A stretch of DNA of 63,339 bases, filler included, from Reticulomyxa filosa (Eukaryota > Protista > Foraminifera), in assembly GCA_000512085.1 (NCBI GenBank). It is 15 parts of 15 records of this genome, joined end to end, with 100 filler letters (N's around TTAATTAATTAA, not from the genome) between each part and the next. Parts side by side here need not be neighbours in the genome. Positions count along the whole stretch, not along the records: positions 37,817 to 45,742 come from ASPP01018215.1; positions 45,843 to 51,151 come from ASPP01032738.1; 13 more parts are not named here. One strand, given 5' to 3'. The position numbers were made by a program, and so were the translations under genes. The notes beneath the pieces are model-generated. The model was given only the letters and a program-made list of their open reading frames with translations. It was not told the origin of the DNA and did not search any database. Below, one piece after another: positions 37,845 to 50,098 of the stretch; position 1 is the stretch's first letter, and every line of letters starts with the position of its first letter.

Positions 37845-38620
37845 TTGAAATTTTACAAAATACTTTATTCTTTGCAAATTCATTTGATGTTTTGGTTTTG
37901 TGACAACTCATTTGCATAACAGAATAATACAATGAAATTTTTATTAATTTCAATTTTAAAAAACACGCTGACAGCTTCAAAATTTGTGAGCAATAGATTT
38001 AAATAAGTTGAATTTTACATAGAATGACGTTCTCAACTTGTGCAATTATTATGTAATAATTGCTTGGAAAGAAAAGTTAACAAATGATAAATTGACAAAT
38101 TATAGCATACAAGGATTTTACCATTTTTTGTCTCCACAGATTGCACGATGCCGTTAATTTTTTCAAAAAAAGACTAAAAAGATGATAAATTTGCTTATTT
38201 TTGGTATTTATCCATTCGTATTTGTCGCTCTAATTTCCTTTTCTACATTGCCATTGATCATTTCTCATATTTAGTTTTATTCGTTCCATCACTTCACAAG
38301 TTATTACAGTTTTAGATATAATAACAAATCTTTTCTTTTCCGCTTGTATGTGTTGTATAAATTATATGAACATGACAATAGTTTGGTAAGAGGACAAAAT
38401 TTTAAAAAATTAATCTTTTGGAGTGATAAATTATGTCCTTTCAAATCCTCTAATTTTTGTCAAAAATGTATTATGCACTGTAGTTTTTAATTGATTCGCT
38501 AATATAAATTCAAGCTGTGATACATTATTCCAAAGTCATTCTGGCCTCCCCCCCTTGAAGATAATAGGGAGTCCAACAAAGTTGTCACTCATTCCTTTTT
38601 TGAAGCAATAGAAAAACTTG
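37845..38620 (-). pseudogene. Paralog of the 21448-21687 small ORF, split by a ~530-bp insertion
   Basis: Homologous halves at 38530-38616 and 37845-37999 are contiguous in the copy at 21440-21705. Confidence 0.55.
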
Positions 38621-38884
38621 CACAAAAGTATTTCAAACAAAAAAATAACAGCACAGTAACAATGCAAATCGATCTGTTATTCCTTTACATTATTAAAAAA
38701 ACCAACAAAAGAAAATGCAGACTAGCAACAACAGAATTAGAAGAGTAAAAAGGTATGTTTTCACGTTTTGGAATAGAATCTATAAAGAGAAGTGCTCAAA
38801 GGACGTCTGTGCCCATCAGTGCTTCAATTGCCGATATCAGCTCAACATTGTGTGTTCAACAAATATCTCTATTTTGATGTTACA

Positions 38885-40578
38885 TTACATCTCATTTTTT
38901 TTGATTTTTGATTCAATGTCAGGATCGGACTGTTTTGATAACGTTTTTGTATCTGTACCGGGCGAAAAAAAGGCATGTGCCAAAGCTTGAGTCGCGGAGG
39001 GACGCTTAAAAGGTGCAACTTGCAGCAAAGACTATTTGAAAAATGTAAAAACACAAAAACAAACGACGTAAAAAAAAAAGAGGTTTCAACTCGACAAATC
39101 ACTAAACTTGCAACAAGTGAAGTCCCTGTAAATTGATTGACTTTTTCTGTGCAAAAATTTCATGGGAGAAGATTTCTTTCGAGTTCCATTTAGGAAATTC
39201 ATTTTTCCAATGTGGAAGTTTACTGACACCAGGCCACGTATCTTCAGTTGGTGTTCCAGTGAATCTGGCAATAATATAATATTTTTTAAATAAACAAATT
39301 TGCGTTGTGCAATAATCAACAATTGAGTTCTTTTTTTTATAGTGATAAATCAATATAACCAACCCCAAAATTTCAAAACTTAAAAATGCTGAACAACGTT
39401 TCAAGTTCGCTGTTGCCAGCAAATAAAGGCGCACTCCCCATCAATTCACTAACGACACAACCGATACTCCACAAGTCTACTTTTTCATTGTACTTAGTAC
39501 ATCCCAATAATATCTCAGGCGCACGGTACCACAATGTCACTACCTTTGTATAGTTGATAAAAAACAAAAAGAAAATGCTCCCAAAAAATAAACTAATACA
39601 AATCAACTTCTTGTGTTAAGAGTTGCCCTGCACAATTCTTGGCACGTGCTAATCCGAAATCAGCGATTTTAATAACTTTTTCATCTGCACTTATTAATAT
39701 ATTCTGTGGTTTCAAGTCTCTATGAATTACCCGTCGATTGTGCAAGTACTTTACTCCTTCTAATATTTGCTTTGTGTAACTCTATGAAAACAATACAAGT
39801 TATATGTTAACGCATCACTTGATTTTTCTCTCTGTCGATATTTTTAACATTAACTTGGACGGTTGCGTCTGGCAACTCTTGCTCTTCTTGTTTCTTCCAA
39901 CGAAGTAAGAACCCCAAATCGGCATGCAAATGTTCAAATACCAATTTGATTTGGTTACGTTCTTGTTTATCACAATATACACGTAGCAGTCTATGTTTTA
40001 TTGTATGTTGTTTCGCTTCGTGTGTATAGATGCATTCCAGCTTAGAGGCTAATTATTTTCAAAAAAATTACAAAAGAGATCTTTCCAATTCGTATTTTTT
40101 GCCTTCATCTTTGTTAAATGCTTTTAAAGGTCTTAAGGTATTTTAAAAATTCACACTAGTATGCATGCAAAATGATAACTTGACTACATTCGGGTGATTG
40201 AGTTCTCTTAAGAGACCGATTTCTCGAATGGACGTTGGATCCAATCCGCAGCGTTGTTGATCTTATCAACATATATTACACAAATCAAGAGTCACATACT
40301 TGAAAGAGTAAAGAAACCTAACATTACAAAAAAAACAAGGTTAAAACTCAACTGATAGTGAACATTTTGATAGCAACCATCTGACAATTGATTTGATCAT
40401 AAGACAAGCTTACACGTCCATACGCTCCCTTGCCAAGAGATTTTATTTCCTTGTACTGTTTCTTTGTTGCATCTTGAGAAGAGAAATTGTCAATGTCACC
40501 CAATGTGCACACATTTGTGCTGACTGCAGGTGGTCGAGCGTTTTTATCTAAAGTTTTCAATGGTTGTCGAGATTTCAT
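38885..40578 (-). CDS. Cyclin-dependent kinase (CDC2-related; PSTAIRE variant DPTSIRE), multi-exon
   Basis: [80 protein letters not shown]. Confidence 0.92.
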
Positions 40579-40914
40579 GATTAATGTTTGAGTTATAGAA
40601 GTAATCGCAAACAGAGTGTACTCATTCACTAACCTTATTAAATTGGTTAGTCTGCCGTTTTCAAAAAAGAGTTTTTTTGTATTACGCCTTTTCTGTCAAA
40701 CTATCCAAATTTGTTATTGATTGTTGTGTTCAGTGGGAATTAACTTTGTCCCAAAATTGTTGCAATTTTTACACAGTGCAATTGATAGATTACAACGCAG
40801 TTCTTTTTTTGTTTGAATTATACTAAAGCAAAAATAGAATAAATTGCGCTTTGTTAAATAAATATAATTAAATTATAGGAAAAAAAAATATTTTGTTTGA
40901 ACATATTTTTTACT

Positions 40915-43900
40915 CTAGTTGGTGGGTTGTGTCTTTGCAGTTTGTAACATGCGATTTAATTTGTCAGCCTGTTGTTCTGCTTTCTGTAGTTTGCTGAAAG
41001 TGATTTCTTTTTCAGTTTGTAACAATTGGATCTGCTTAATCAATTGTTGTTTTTCATTGGTAAGGATAGTAATGAGTGACTTATGATTGTCATTTTCACA
41101 CGTAGTAAGGCTGCTTTGTTTGCAAGAAGTGCTGAAATCTTTAGTCAAAGGATGCGCAATTTGATGAGTGCGTTCGGCATCATGAGTGGCTTTTTCTAAA
41201 GCTTTTGTTAGCTGTTGATTTTGTTTTTGCAAAGTTTGAAGATTCATTTGCAACTGAAGACATTCATTTTCCAAAAAGGTGACCCGATCTTGGCGAGTTT
41301 TCATTTGCGCCATTAACGTTTCAGCTTCAATTAAGTGCTGATGTTTATATTTAACAAAATCCTTTTCAATCACTTGATAATGATTGTTTTCGTCTCGAAT
41401 TTTCTCATAGTTTTGCAACAATTGGCGGTGTTCGGTTTCCATCATTTTGATTTTATTTTCCAAAAAAATAATTTTATTAACTAACCGTTGTGTTTCCAAT
41501 TTTATTCCATCTTTGTCATTCATCGCAAGTGATAATTGCTTTTGTAGATATTCATTTTCTTTTGCAATAGTTTCAAGATCTTGTGAAAGTGACAAAATTT
41601 GTTCGGTTTTCAAATGGCTCTCCTTGCACATTTTCTCACTTCGGGATGTGAGCATCGACAGCTGTTCTTGGAGTCTCTTACTTTCGTGTTGGAATGAGAC
41701 ATTACTTTTTTGCAATTCTTTCATCTGTGTTTGAGCTGTGAATAAAACAGAATTGGTTTGTTGCTTGTCATTGACAAGAGTGATCATTTGATGTTTCAAA
41801 GATTCGATTATTTCCAGTTTGTTATCCAACTCACGTTCGCAACTGTCTTTGCTTAGACTGAAATCAGTTAAAGCTTGTTTTAACTCCTCCGCTTTGCCTT
41901 CCAGTTGCTTGACTTTTTCTTCATAGTGTTGAATTTCTATTTGATATTTGGTTGTAATTTTTTCTTTCAAATGACGATTTTCACTCAATAAATCTTCCAG
42001 CTTTTGTTCTGTACAAATTCTCGATTCATCCAATGTCATACACAAATGCTTCAACTCTTTTTCCTTGTTTTTCTGTAATGCTATTTCATTTTTCAACTCC
42101 ATTGTCTCGTATGTACATTTTTCATAGCAAATTTTTATGTCATTCAGCTCTTCACTTGCACTGGTCCATTGCAATTTCGTTGACTCCAATTCTCTGGATA
42201 ACTCCAAATTTTCTTTCGTTTTTTGTCGCAACTCGGTCAATTTTTCATCAAACATTGCTTGCAAATTTTGCATTTGGTTATTCAATTGTTCAACATATTG
42301 ACTTTTATTATCCACGACTCTAAATCATTTCCAATTGTATATCACAACAATAAAAAATACATATACAAAAAGATAATTTTATAGCATACTCCAAACTTGT
42401 TGATAGAATCTTTTCTACCGAGTTTCATTTGTTCTACAAATTTGGAAAGATTGTCCTTGTCTTGAGATAAAATTTTGACACGATTGAACAATTCTTCATT
42501 TTTGTCTTCTAAATTTTTAACAAGTGCGAGGATATCATTTTGTGTTGTTTTTTTTGATATTGTATCACTTTCAAGTTTACACCGTTGTACTTCTTGCCGT
42601 AACTTGGCACATTCCATTGTCACCAATTCCAAATTTTGTTTCAGTTGTTGCTGGCTCACCACTTGATCCATCAATTCCTGTTTTTTTTTGCTATATCTTG
42701 CCGCAATTGTTGCATTTCGTTTTGACTGTAAAGTACATCTTTCGTCAATTTTTCGTTTTCCAATGTCAAAGCATCTAATTTATTTTTAACACTGCCCAGT
42801 TCATTCCAATTCGACGACGTCTTTGCTTCTATTGGATTGGTTTGTTTTATACTTGGTATTTCAATTGCAGCTTTTTCATTTGCAAATAAGTGTCCATGTT
42901 CTTGTTTTGATTGTGTGTTGTTATTATTGTTATTCTGATGGTTTTCCTTAGCCTGGCATTGGCATTGCTTTTGTAAAGCGAGTTGTTGATTCAAATGATC
43001 AATAATTTCATCTTTACAGCAAAGTTGTTTTTGATAATCTTTTAGTTGTATTGCGATTTCTTCTTTGAATTGATCGTTACTTTTGCATGTCAATGACAGT
43101 TTTGCACATGTTTCTTCCAAATTGAATTTACCTTGTTCCAATATGCGGATTTGATTTTGCAAGAGTTTTACTTGCCTTTCCAAGTCATTGTTGGTTGTAT
43201 TGTCCAATGGCAAGTCATTTGTTTTTGTGTTTTTTTTATCGTTTCCTGCGTTTTCATTCAAAGTTTCAATAAAACTCAAATCACAATTTTCATGTCCATT
43301 TTCATTGATATTTCCATCTTCGTTATCATTATCACTTTCATTATCACTTTCATGTTTCAAGGGATTAGATTTTTGCAAATTTGTTAGATTGGCATGTTTT
43401 GCAAAAGCTTGTTTTTTAGATTTGGCTGAATGCAAGTTCCCCAATTTGGTTTTTTCCAGTTTTTGTTTCAAACTTTTTTCCATATTTTCCAAACTTTGAA
43501 TTCTTGTCAAATATTTTTTTTCTTTCAATTCCATTTCTTTTAGTGCTTTCTTTAATGACAACATCTCACTGTCTATATGACTGTTATTATTATTATTCAA
43601 ATGATTGGCTTGAACTGAAAATTTTTTTTTTGGATTGCAATTGGCTTTGCTATTCAATTCATTTTTGCATTGTTGCAATTCTTTGGCTAATAGCGCATTG
43701 GAATCTTTCCATTTTTGCATTTCCACTTCACTTTTGCGTGCAAAGTCGTTCAACTCTTTTTGCTTTGTTATCAATTCATTTTCCAAATATTCCATTTGTT
43801 CTCTCATACTTTCCATTGACATTCGCATTTGCTTCCTTTCATATTCCAATTTCAAATTCGAATGGCTCATATTTGCTCCCCCTTGTTTTATTTTCGAACC

Positions 43901-44547
43901 TATCCCAATGTCCAATATCACTTCCATTTCTAATTTTTTTTATGTCTTATATAATTATTGCCAATGTCATTGTTATCATTGATATCATTATCATTCCCAC
44001 CACTGTTGTCATCATCACCATCTTCAATTTCTTTTTCTTCTTCCTCTTCTTCTTCTTTTTGACCCCAATCCTTTGTCTCCAACAAGGATTTGTTTTGTTT
44101 TGTTTTTTGGATCACCTTATATTTATTGCCAAATTTTTCCAATTGTTGTGTTTTTGTTTTCCCCAAATTTTTTTGCTGAATCAACAAAAATTCCAAGTTT
44201 TTGTTTGCTGTTTGCCATTTTTGCAGCTCTTCACTCATTTCTGACTTTTCTTTTTCAAAATTGCCTATTCTTTTGTTTAATTCTTGCGTCAATTCTTCGT
44301 TCCTACGAATCAACTCTGTATTTTGATCTTTCAATGGTAATATTATGCTATTCTGTTCTTTTCGTTGACCCTCCGACGCTTCATATTCCGTTTTTACTGA
44401 CTGGTACTTTCTTGTGACGTTTATCAAATCACTGAAGAGAGCCTCTACCAAGGCCACGGTTTCAGTATCTGGCTTTAGTTCAAAGGCATAATTTAATTCT
44501 TTTAGGGCTTGCTTCAAATGTAAATATTTTTTATCATTGGCGGACAT
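40915..44547 (-). CDS. CEP135: CEP135/Bld10-like centriolar coiled-coil protein (two apparent frameshifts in A-runs, one intron)
   Basis: N-terminus KYLHLKQALKELNY...LVEALFSDLI...PLKDQNTELIRRNEEL resembles the CEP135/Bld10 N-terminal motif. It is followed by more than 1000 aa of mostly coiled coil. Confidence 0.72.
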
Positions 44548-44819
44548 TGAATTTTCCAAATTTTTTTAGTTTTTGGGCTATGACGCAAATGGAAAAATTA
44601 TAATCAGTGCATGTCCTTGACATTATCGTTTTGCATTGTTTACAAATGTGATGACAAATAATACCAACAAAAAACAGAAGCATAAAACGGTTATTTACTT
44701 CTTAAATGTAATTAGTTAGCCTTGCCTATCTCCATTGTTATCCTTCAAAAAAATTTTAAAGGGAGCTTTTTTAGCAAAAGCAATGGAGGAATTGCGAGAC
44801 AATGGAAAAGATTAGGAAG

Positions 44820-45670
44820 CAAAGAGAGTATTAAAAAAAAAAGAGGAGGATGCAAAAAAAAGAAGGTAGAGGTAAGTTGGAAGAGTTATAGAGAGTGAAA
44901 AGGATGGACTAGTGACAAAGATCAAGGAAGAGAATGATCTTCAGAAGGGAGTGCTATGTCTGTTGGAGCATTAGTGTTTGCAGTTGTTGTCGCGATATTC
45001 TTTTCTTGCGAAGACTCTTTTCCTTGTGTGTTAATTATTTCATTCGATTTGAGTTTTTCAAAGTCTTGTCGCTTCATCTTCCATAGCAACTCCAAGTTTG
45101 GAATTGAGACCGGTTCCCACTCAACCTTTTTTTGCCGTTCAACTTTGGCGACACAAAGACACATAATATGCAAATGCGTATATTGTGCATATATACATGC
45201 ATAGATATATAGACACATATAGAATATATATATATATATGTGTATATATATTGTGTATATGGATATTTGGTTGTGCCAATTGTTTTTAATTTGCAGCAAA
45301 GATAGTACAATACAAAAAAAAAAAAAAAATACATCGGCTTTGGTCAGTGTTGGAGGAGCCAAGGGGCTGTTGTGGATTGGTTTCAGTATTCGGGTCTCTG
45401 TCCCCATGTCCATCTTCATTCGCACGTGGCTCATCCGTCTTGGCTTCACTTTGGAATTGGTTTGATGCGAGATTAGTATCATTCGGTTTTGATATAGTCT
45501 CGGAAAGCATCGACGTCTCTTCCGCGTCTGGGAACACCATGTCTTGAGGGGATCTTGAAGGTTTCTTTCTCAAGTTCTTCCATCCACTCTTCCACTGGTT
45601 CAATCGATCACTTAAATTTTTTTGCGTTTCGTCTTTTTCTGTCCATAAGCAGAACAAATCGCAAATTGGT
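44820..45670 (-). CDS. 3' exons of a hypothetical hydrophilic protein (5' partial)
   Basis: Coding-like ORFs 45286-45657 and 44922-45150 separated by a poly-T/TA-repeat intron. Confidence 0.45.
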
Positions 45671-47559
45671 ATTACAAAGATGGCATTATCAAAATCTTTT
45701 TAAAAACTAACAATTATATATAAAGAATGAGAACAAAGAAATNNNNNNNNNNNNNNNNNNNNNNNNNNNNNNNNNNNNNNNNNNNNTTAATTAATTAANN
45801 NNNNNNNNNNNNNNNNNNNNNNNNNNNNNNNNNNNNNNNNNNAACAGTGATTTTTGGAGCCTGAAAAGGAGACAAATCATTGCTTCAAGACTATCCCAGT
45901 GGAGCTGCTCCTGACATTTTCCAACCATCCCCTGTGACAAGTGTCGATGTCAAAATAGAGTCTGAAAACGTATCGTCCCAACACAGCAACAACCAGCTCC
46001 TCCAGAATCTGAACAAGCCTATGCACCACGGGAAACTGCTGCTCCAGTCACAGAGTCAACGTAACAATCGGTAGTCTCCGAGCCTATAAAGGCAGCGACA
46101 GAGACATTGCCTTCCAGCCAATACATGCTAGTTGGCAAACCAGAGCAGAAAAAAGAGGAGGAAAAATATATTTGGAGTCCATTGTAAGTCAATTGCAGGT
46201 CATTTGATTTTCGGATTTGCCGGATATGCACATTGCCAAAGATACATTTTTGAAATGCTTGTTTTTAAAAAAGTCTAAAATAGAATTTATAACCAAAGAG
46301 TATCCAAGCGAAACAAAAAGAAAGACACAACTGAACAGAATAATGCAAATGAAATGGAAGACGAAGAGGATGGCAAACACTCAAAAGAAAGCTTAAAAGA
46401 TCAATGGAAAGCATTGTTTAAAACGATAGTATTCGAGAGAAAATTACTCAAGAGACATTGACACAAAGGCTATCCCAAAATCCAGAAGTGCAAGAACTAA
46501 TTTTGCAATTGTACGAACAACTGGAAATCAATGACGAAACGACTCCAATCACATGGGAACAGGTAAAAATCGTATTTGTATTACTAATCAAAATCAATTC
46601 GAAAGTGGTGTTTAATTGATTATATGCAAATTGCTATGATCACTACACATAGCAAATGGGTATATCTCATTTTTAATCATATTTAGCGCTTCTGTGTAAT
46701 TTATTATCAAGAGATGAATTATCAAATTATGTATCGCATACAAACGTATTTATCAATTATTGTAAAATCAAATCCATTTGAAATTATGCAATTGCTAAAT
46801 TGTTATAGTTACATTTCAGCAAACAGGGATTTAATTTTTTTTATATCATTTCAAAAGATTTTGACAACACAACACACAAAGAGCCATTGAATTTATATTC
46901 AATGACTTTGAAACAACGAACGCAATATATAACAGATAAATTATAAATGAGTGTTCAATTTATGGATTGAAGAGATGAATTAATATTATTTGAATGTGAA
47001 TTGATAAGTGTAAACCCAGAAATATTACAAAAATATTAATAAAGAGATATTATTACGTGATATTTAAATATTTTCCTCTTTATCCAATTATTTAAATATA
47101 TTGGGAAATCAAAAACTACATTCAATCCATCATTGTATGAATGTGATTTGTACAAACATCAAATTATCTAAGATACAATATATGTAAAATTCACAAGAAA
47201 CAACTCATTGCAGAAATTGTTCCATGAAATGATAAAGAATGGTTATTTGTACAATTTAATTCCTAAAGAGTCATCAATAGAAAAAGTTATAATGAAAAAG
47301 ATAAATTTATCCTTTAGAGCTAATTTCAATTGAAAAACAGGCTTTCTTTCAATGCTCTTATATCCATTGGAACAATTACAAAAAGAATCAATATGACGAT
47401 TTGCGTCTTGCATTACTCACAAATCTGTTAATTCCATTTATGAAAGCTCAGTTATTATTCATGTCCACTCGGTATTTCCATGCCTCCAAATGCGTTCAAC
47501 GGATACCACCGAAGAATAGCAAAAGAAACGTTTTGGCTATTATTACAAAGACTTGAAAT

Positions 47560-47735
47560 ATGACACCATCAACATCCTTTCTAGCATTTTGATTGGATTG
47601 TTATGAAGGAGATAATTATCATGGAGTGCTTGCAGTGATTGGTAGAAGAAACAGCTATTTGTTATCACTTATTATAAAGATAATATTAGTGTATTTAATT
47701 TGACTAAATTTCAATTCATTAAACATACTAATCTT
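47560..47735 (+). pseudogene. Kelch-repeat family gene remnant
   Basis: DNYHGVLAVIGRRNSY / ITYYKDNISVFNLTKFQFIKHT across a frameshift. From memory, it resembles the expanded Reticulomyxa Kelch family. Confidence 0.55.
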
Positions 47736-49785
47736 TAATAGTCTGATTCGAAATGCATAGGACAAGAAATTAGCAAAGCGAAATGGATTGGCAGAAGCAA
47801 AGCTTATTGAAGCATACTAGCAGCACTATATTGATTAGATACGCGAAAATAATATTTTTTTTCACCTGCAATGGCAAAAAAAAACATATTATTTGTCAAT
47901 TTCAGTTATTATCGTTGACATCAGCTGAAAGTTTTTAATGTTTGTAATGTAGTTTCAATCTTTACAATCGTGCTATTACACTTGAGTTTCTACATAATTT
48001 GTATTCTACATGATATATTTTTCTATTTAATTTAAAGTCAACGTATTATGATTTGTTACTGTAAGTTTGTTGGAAAATCTTATGTAAGCATGTATATGTT
48101 TTATACTATCTTAATTTGTAACAAATTTATCTAATGTATTTATTGTGTTCAGTATTGCTAATACAGTATTTAGTGATATAAAAATGGAGTTCATACATAC
48201 TGGGAGATGCGATCGACTCTTGGTCTTGTTTTTCATTATCAGCCACTTCGGCAACACTCACATGCATATGATTGCGGTTGTACTAGGATTAGTCATTTTG
48301 ATGTTCAGTTTCTTGTTTGTGGTAACTGTGCCCACCAGAGAGGTAGTTTTATGTTTGTCTCAGTTGTTATTGTTCGGTGGGTTTGTGTTGTGACCACTAG
48401 TTGTGATACTCAAAGAGTCTTGACGAAGCAGTAACCCCACTGAATTGGATACCACGCTGTTGCTTCGCCATCACAAAATTTGAATCAACGGATTCAAACT
48501 GAGTCTTTGTCATTAAATTCTGGCATGAAGTGGATATGTCGTTTGTTTTTGCACGTGACATTTTGTCTATTTCTTCCTCATCTTCCTCTTCGTGTCAATC
48601 ATTATGCTAGTCAAACGATTATACTCTTTTCTTTTTGCTGGATGTATCAAGTTCATTTTCAGTGTCAGTATCTCTGTTACTTCGTCCGTTTTGTGTATTG
48701 CTATCAGCAGTATATCTCCCAGGCTGCGGTAACAGTTGTAATTCCTCGTTTCCTTTGGCCTATCATTCATTGCAAATATGTTCAATTGATATATGTATGT
48801 AAGTTGTATCAGGATAAGATAAGATGAAGATTGGGGTCAATGTTGCCAAAGGTAAGAATAACCTTAAATGCAATATGATCAAAGAAGCCACGGCCATTTG
48901 AATTGCTGTTGTCGATTTGGTATATAGAAACATAAGAGTTGCCTCGTCATACTATCTTCACAATATAGACTTCACGATCAATTGATGTTACAACTGTACA
49001 TTTTGTTTGGGTTTGAGCTCAGGCTTGAGTTTTGGCCTTGGCATTAACTTTTTTTATTTGTGTTTTTTGTCTTTGTTTTTCTTTTGTTCGGGCTCTTCTT
49101 TCTCCAGCAGGACCAATCATTGTTGCTGCTGTGGTGTTGAATACTCTATGTTTGAATTAATCTTCTTCTTTGAGTAAGGACTTTGCCTGCTCGTTTTGTT
49201 GCAATGTCGCATTTTGTAAACCAGGACGCCTCTCTTCTAAATCGGCAGACAATACCGACGACGAAGAAATATTTAATTGAGCATTTTCGCTTTCACTTGC
49301 AATTTTGCTGTTTTCACTACTTTCACAACTTTCGCTGCTGTTTCTATCTTCGTCGTTGTCACTTTCCTGGATTTCTTTGCCCTTTGCATCTGTCTTTAGC
49401 GATATCGCTTTGGCCGTGGCATTGTTGGCATTTATATTGGTACTGACGAGACGACCATGAATTATAATTCGCGCCTGTCAACTTGGTATCCGAATTTCGC
49501 TCGAGTTCACCGTGGTTGCTTCATTATATTCCTTTTCCTTCGACTTTAGCATCGGCTTCGCCTGCAGGCTGTCGTTTGCGTCCATGCCATCAGATTTGTC
49601 GTCCGTCAGTCGACGAGTTGAAGTGTCACTCTTTCGCTTTTGCATGTATGTCGCTGTTATTATCATTATTATTATTGTTAATATCTTTCAAATTTGTCGT
49701 CAAAACACTGTCGTTTTTTGGCTATACGTTTTTTTTGTACAGAATTGGATTATAAAAATTATTTATAAGAATATATACAACTTAC

Positions 49786-50098
49786 ATTTGCATGGCACCG
49801 CATAGTAATCGCAATACCAAATGCGATGTACTTTCTTTTTGGATGTTATAGTCACTCAATGTTCGGCATCCTTTAATTGCTTTCAGGCAAAGATCAACCG
49901 TTGCTGCTATGGATGAATGCATTCATTGTCTGGGATTTTAGCTTTCACGTTCTGGATCGTGTCATTAGGCTCGGTATCCAACGTGATTGTTTTTCCGGTT
50001 AAAGTTTTCACGAAGCTATTCAGAATAAATGCAAACAATCGCCATGTTCGTATTAAGATAAGTTGTACAACATAATATACTTACATTTGCATCGACAT
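49786..50098 (-). pseudogene. Polyubiquitin pseudogene with a Rhizaria-type extra Ala at the monomer junction
   Basis: MSMQ(I) | 69-nt intron 50016-50084 | [27 protein letters not shown]...*QQRLIFA*KQL, a frameshift, then [24 protein letters not shown](I)|GTAAG. Confidence 0.93.
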
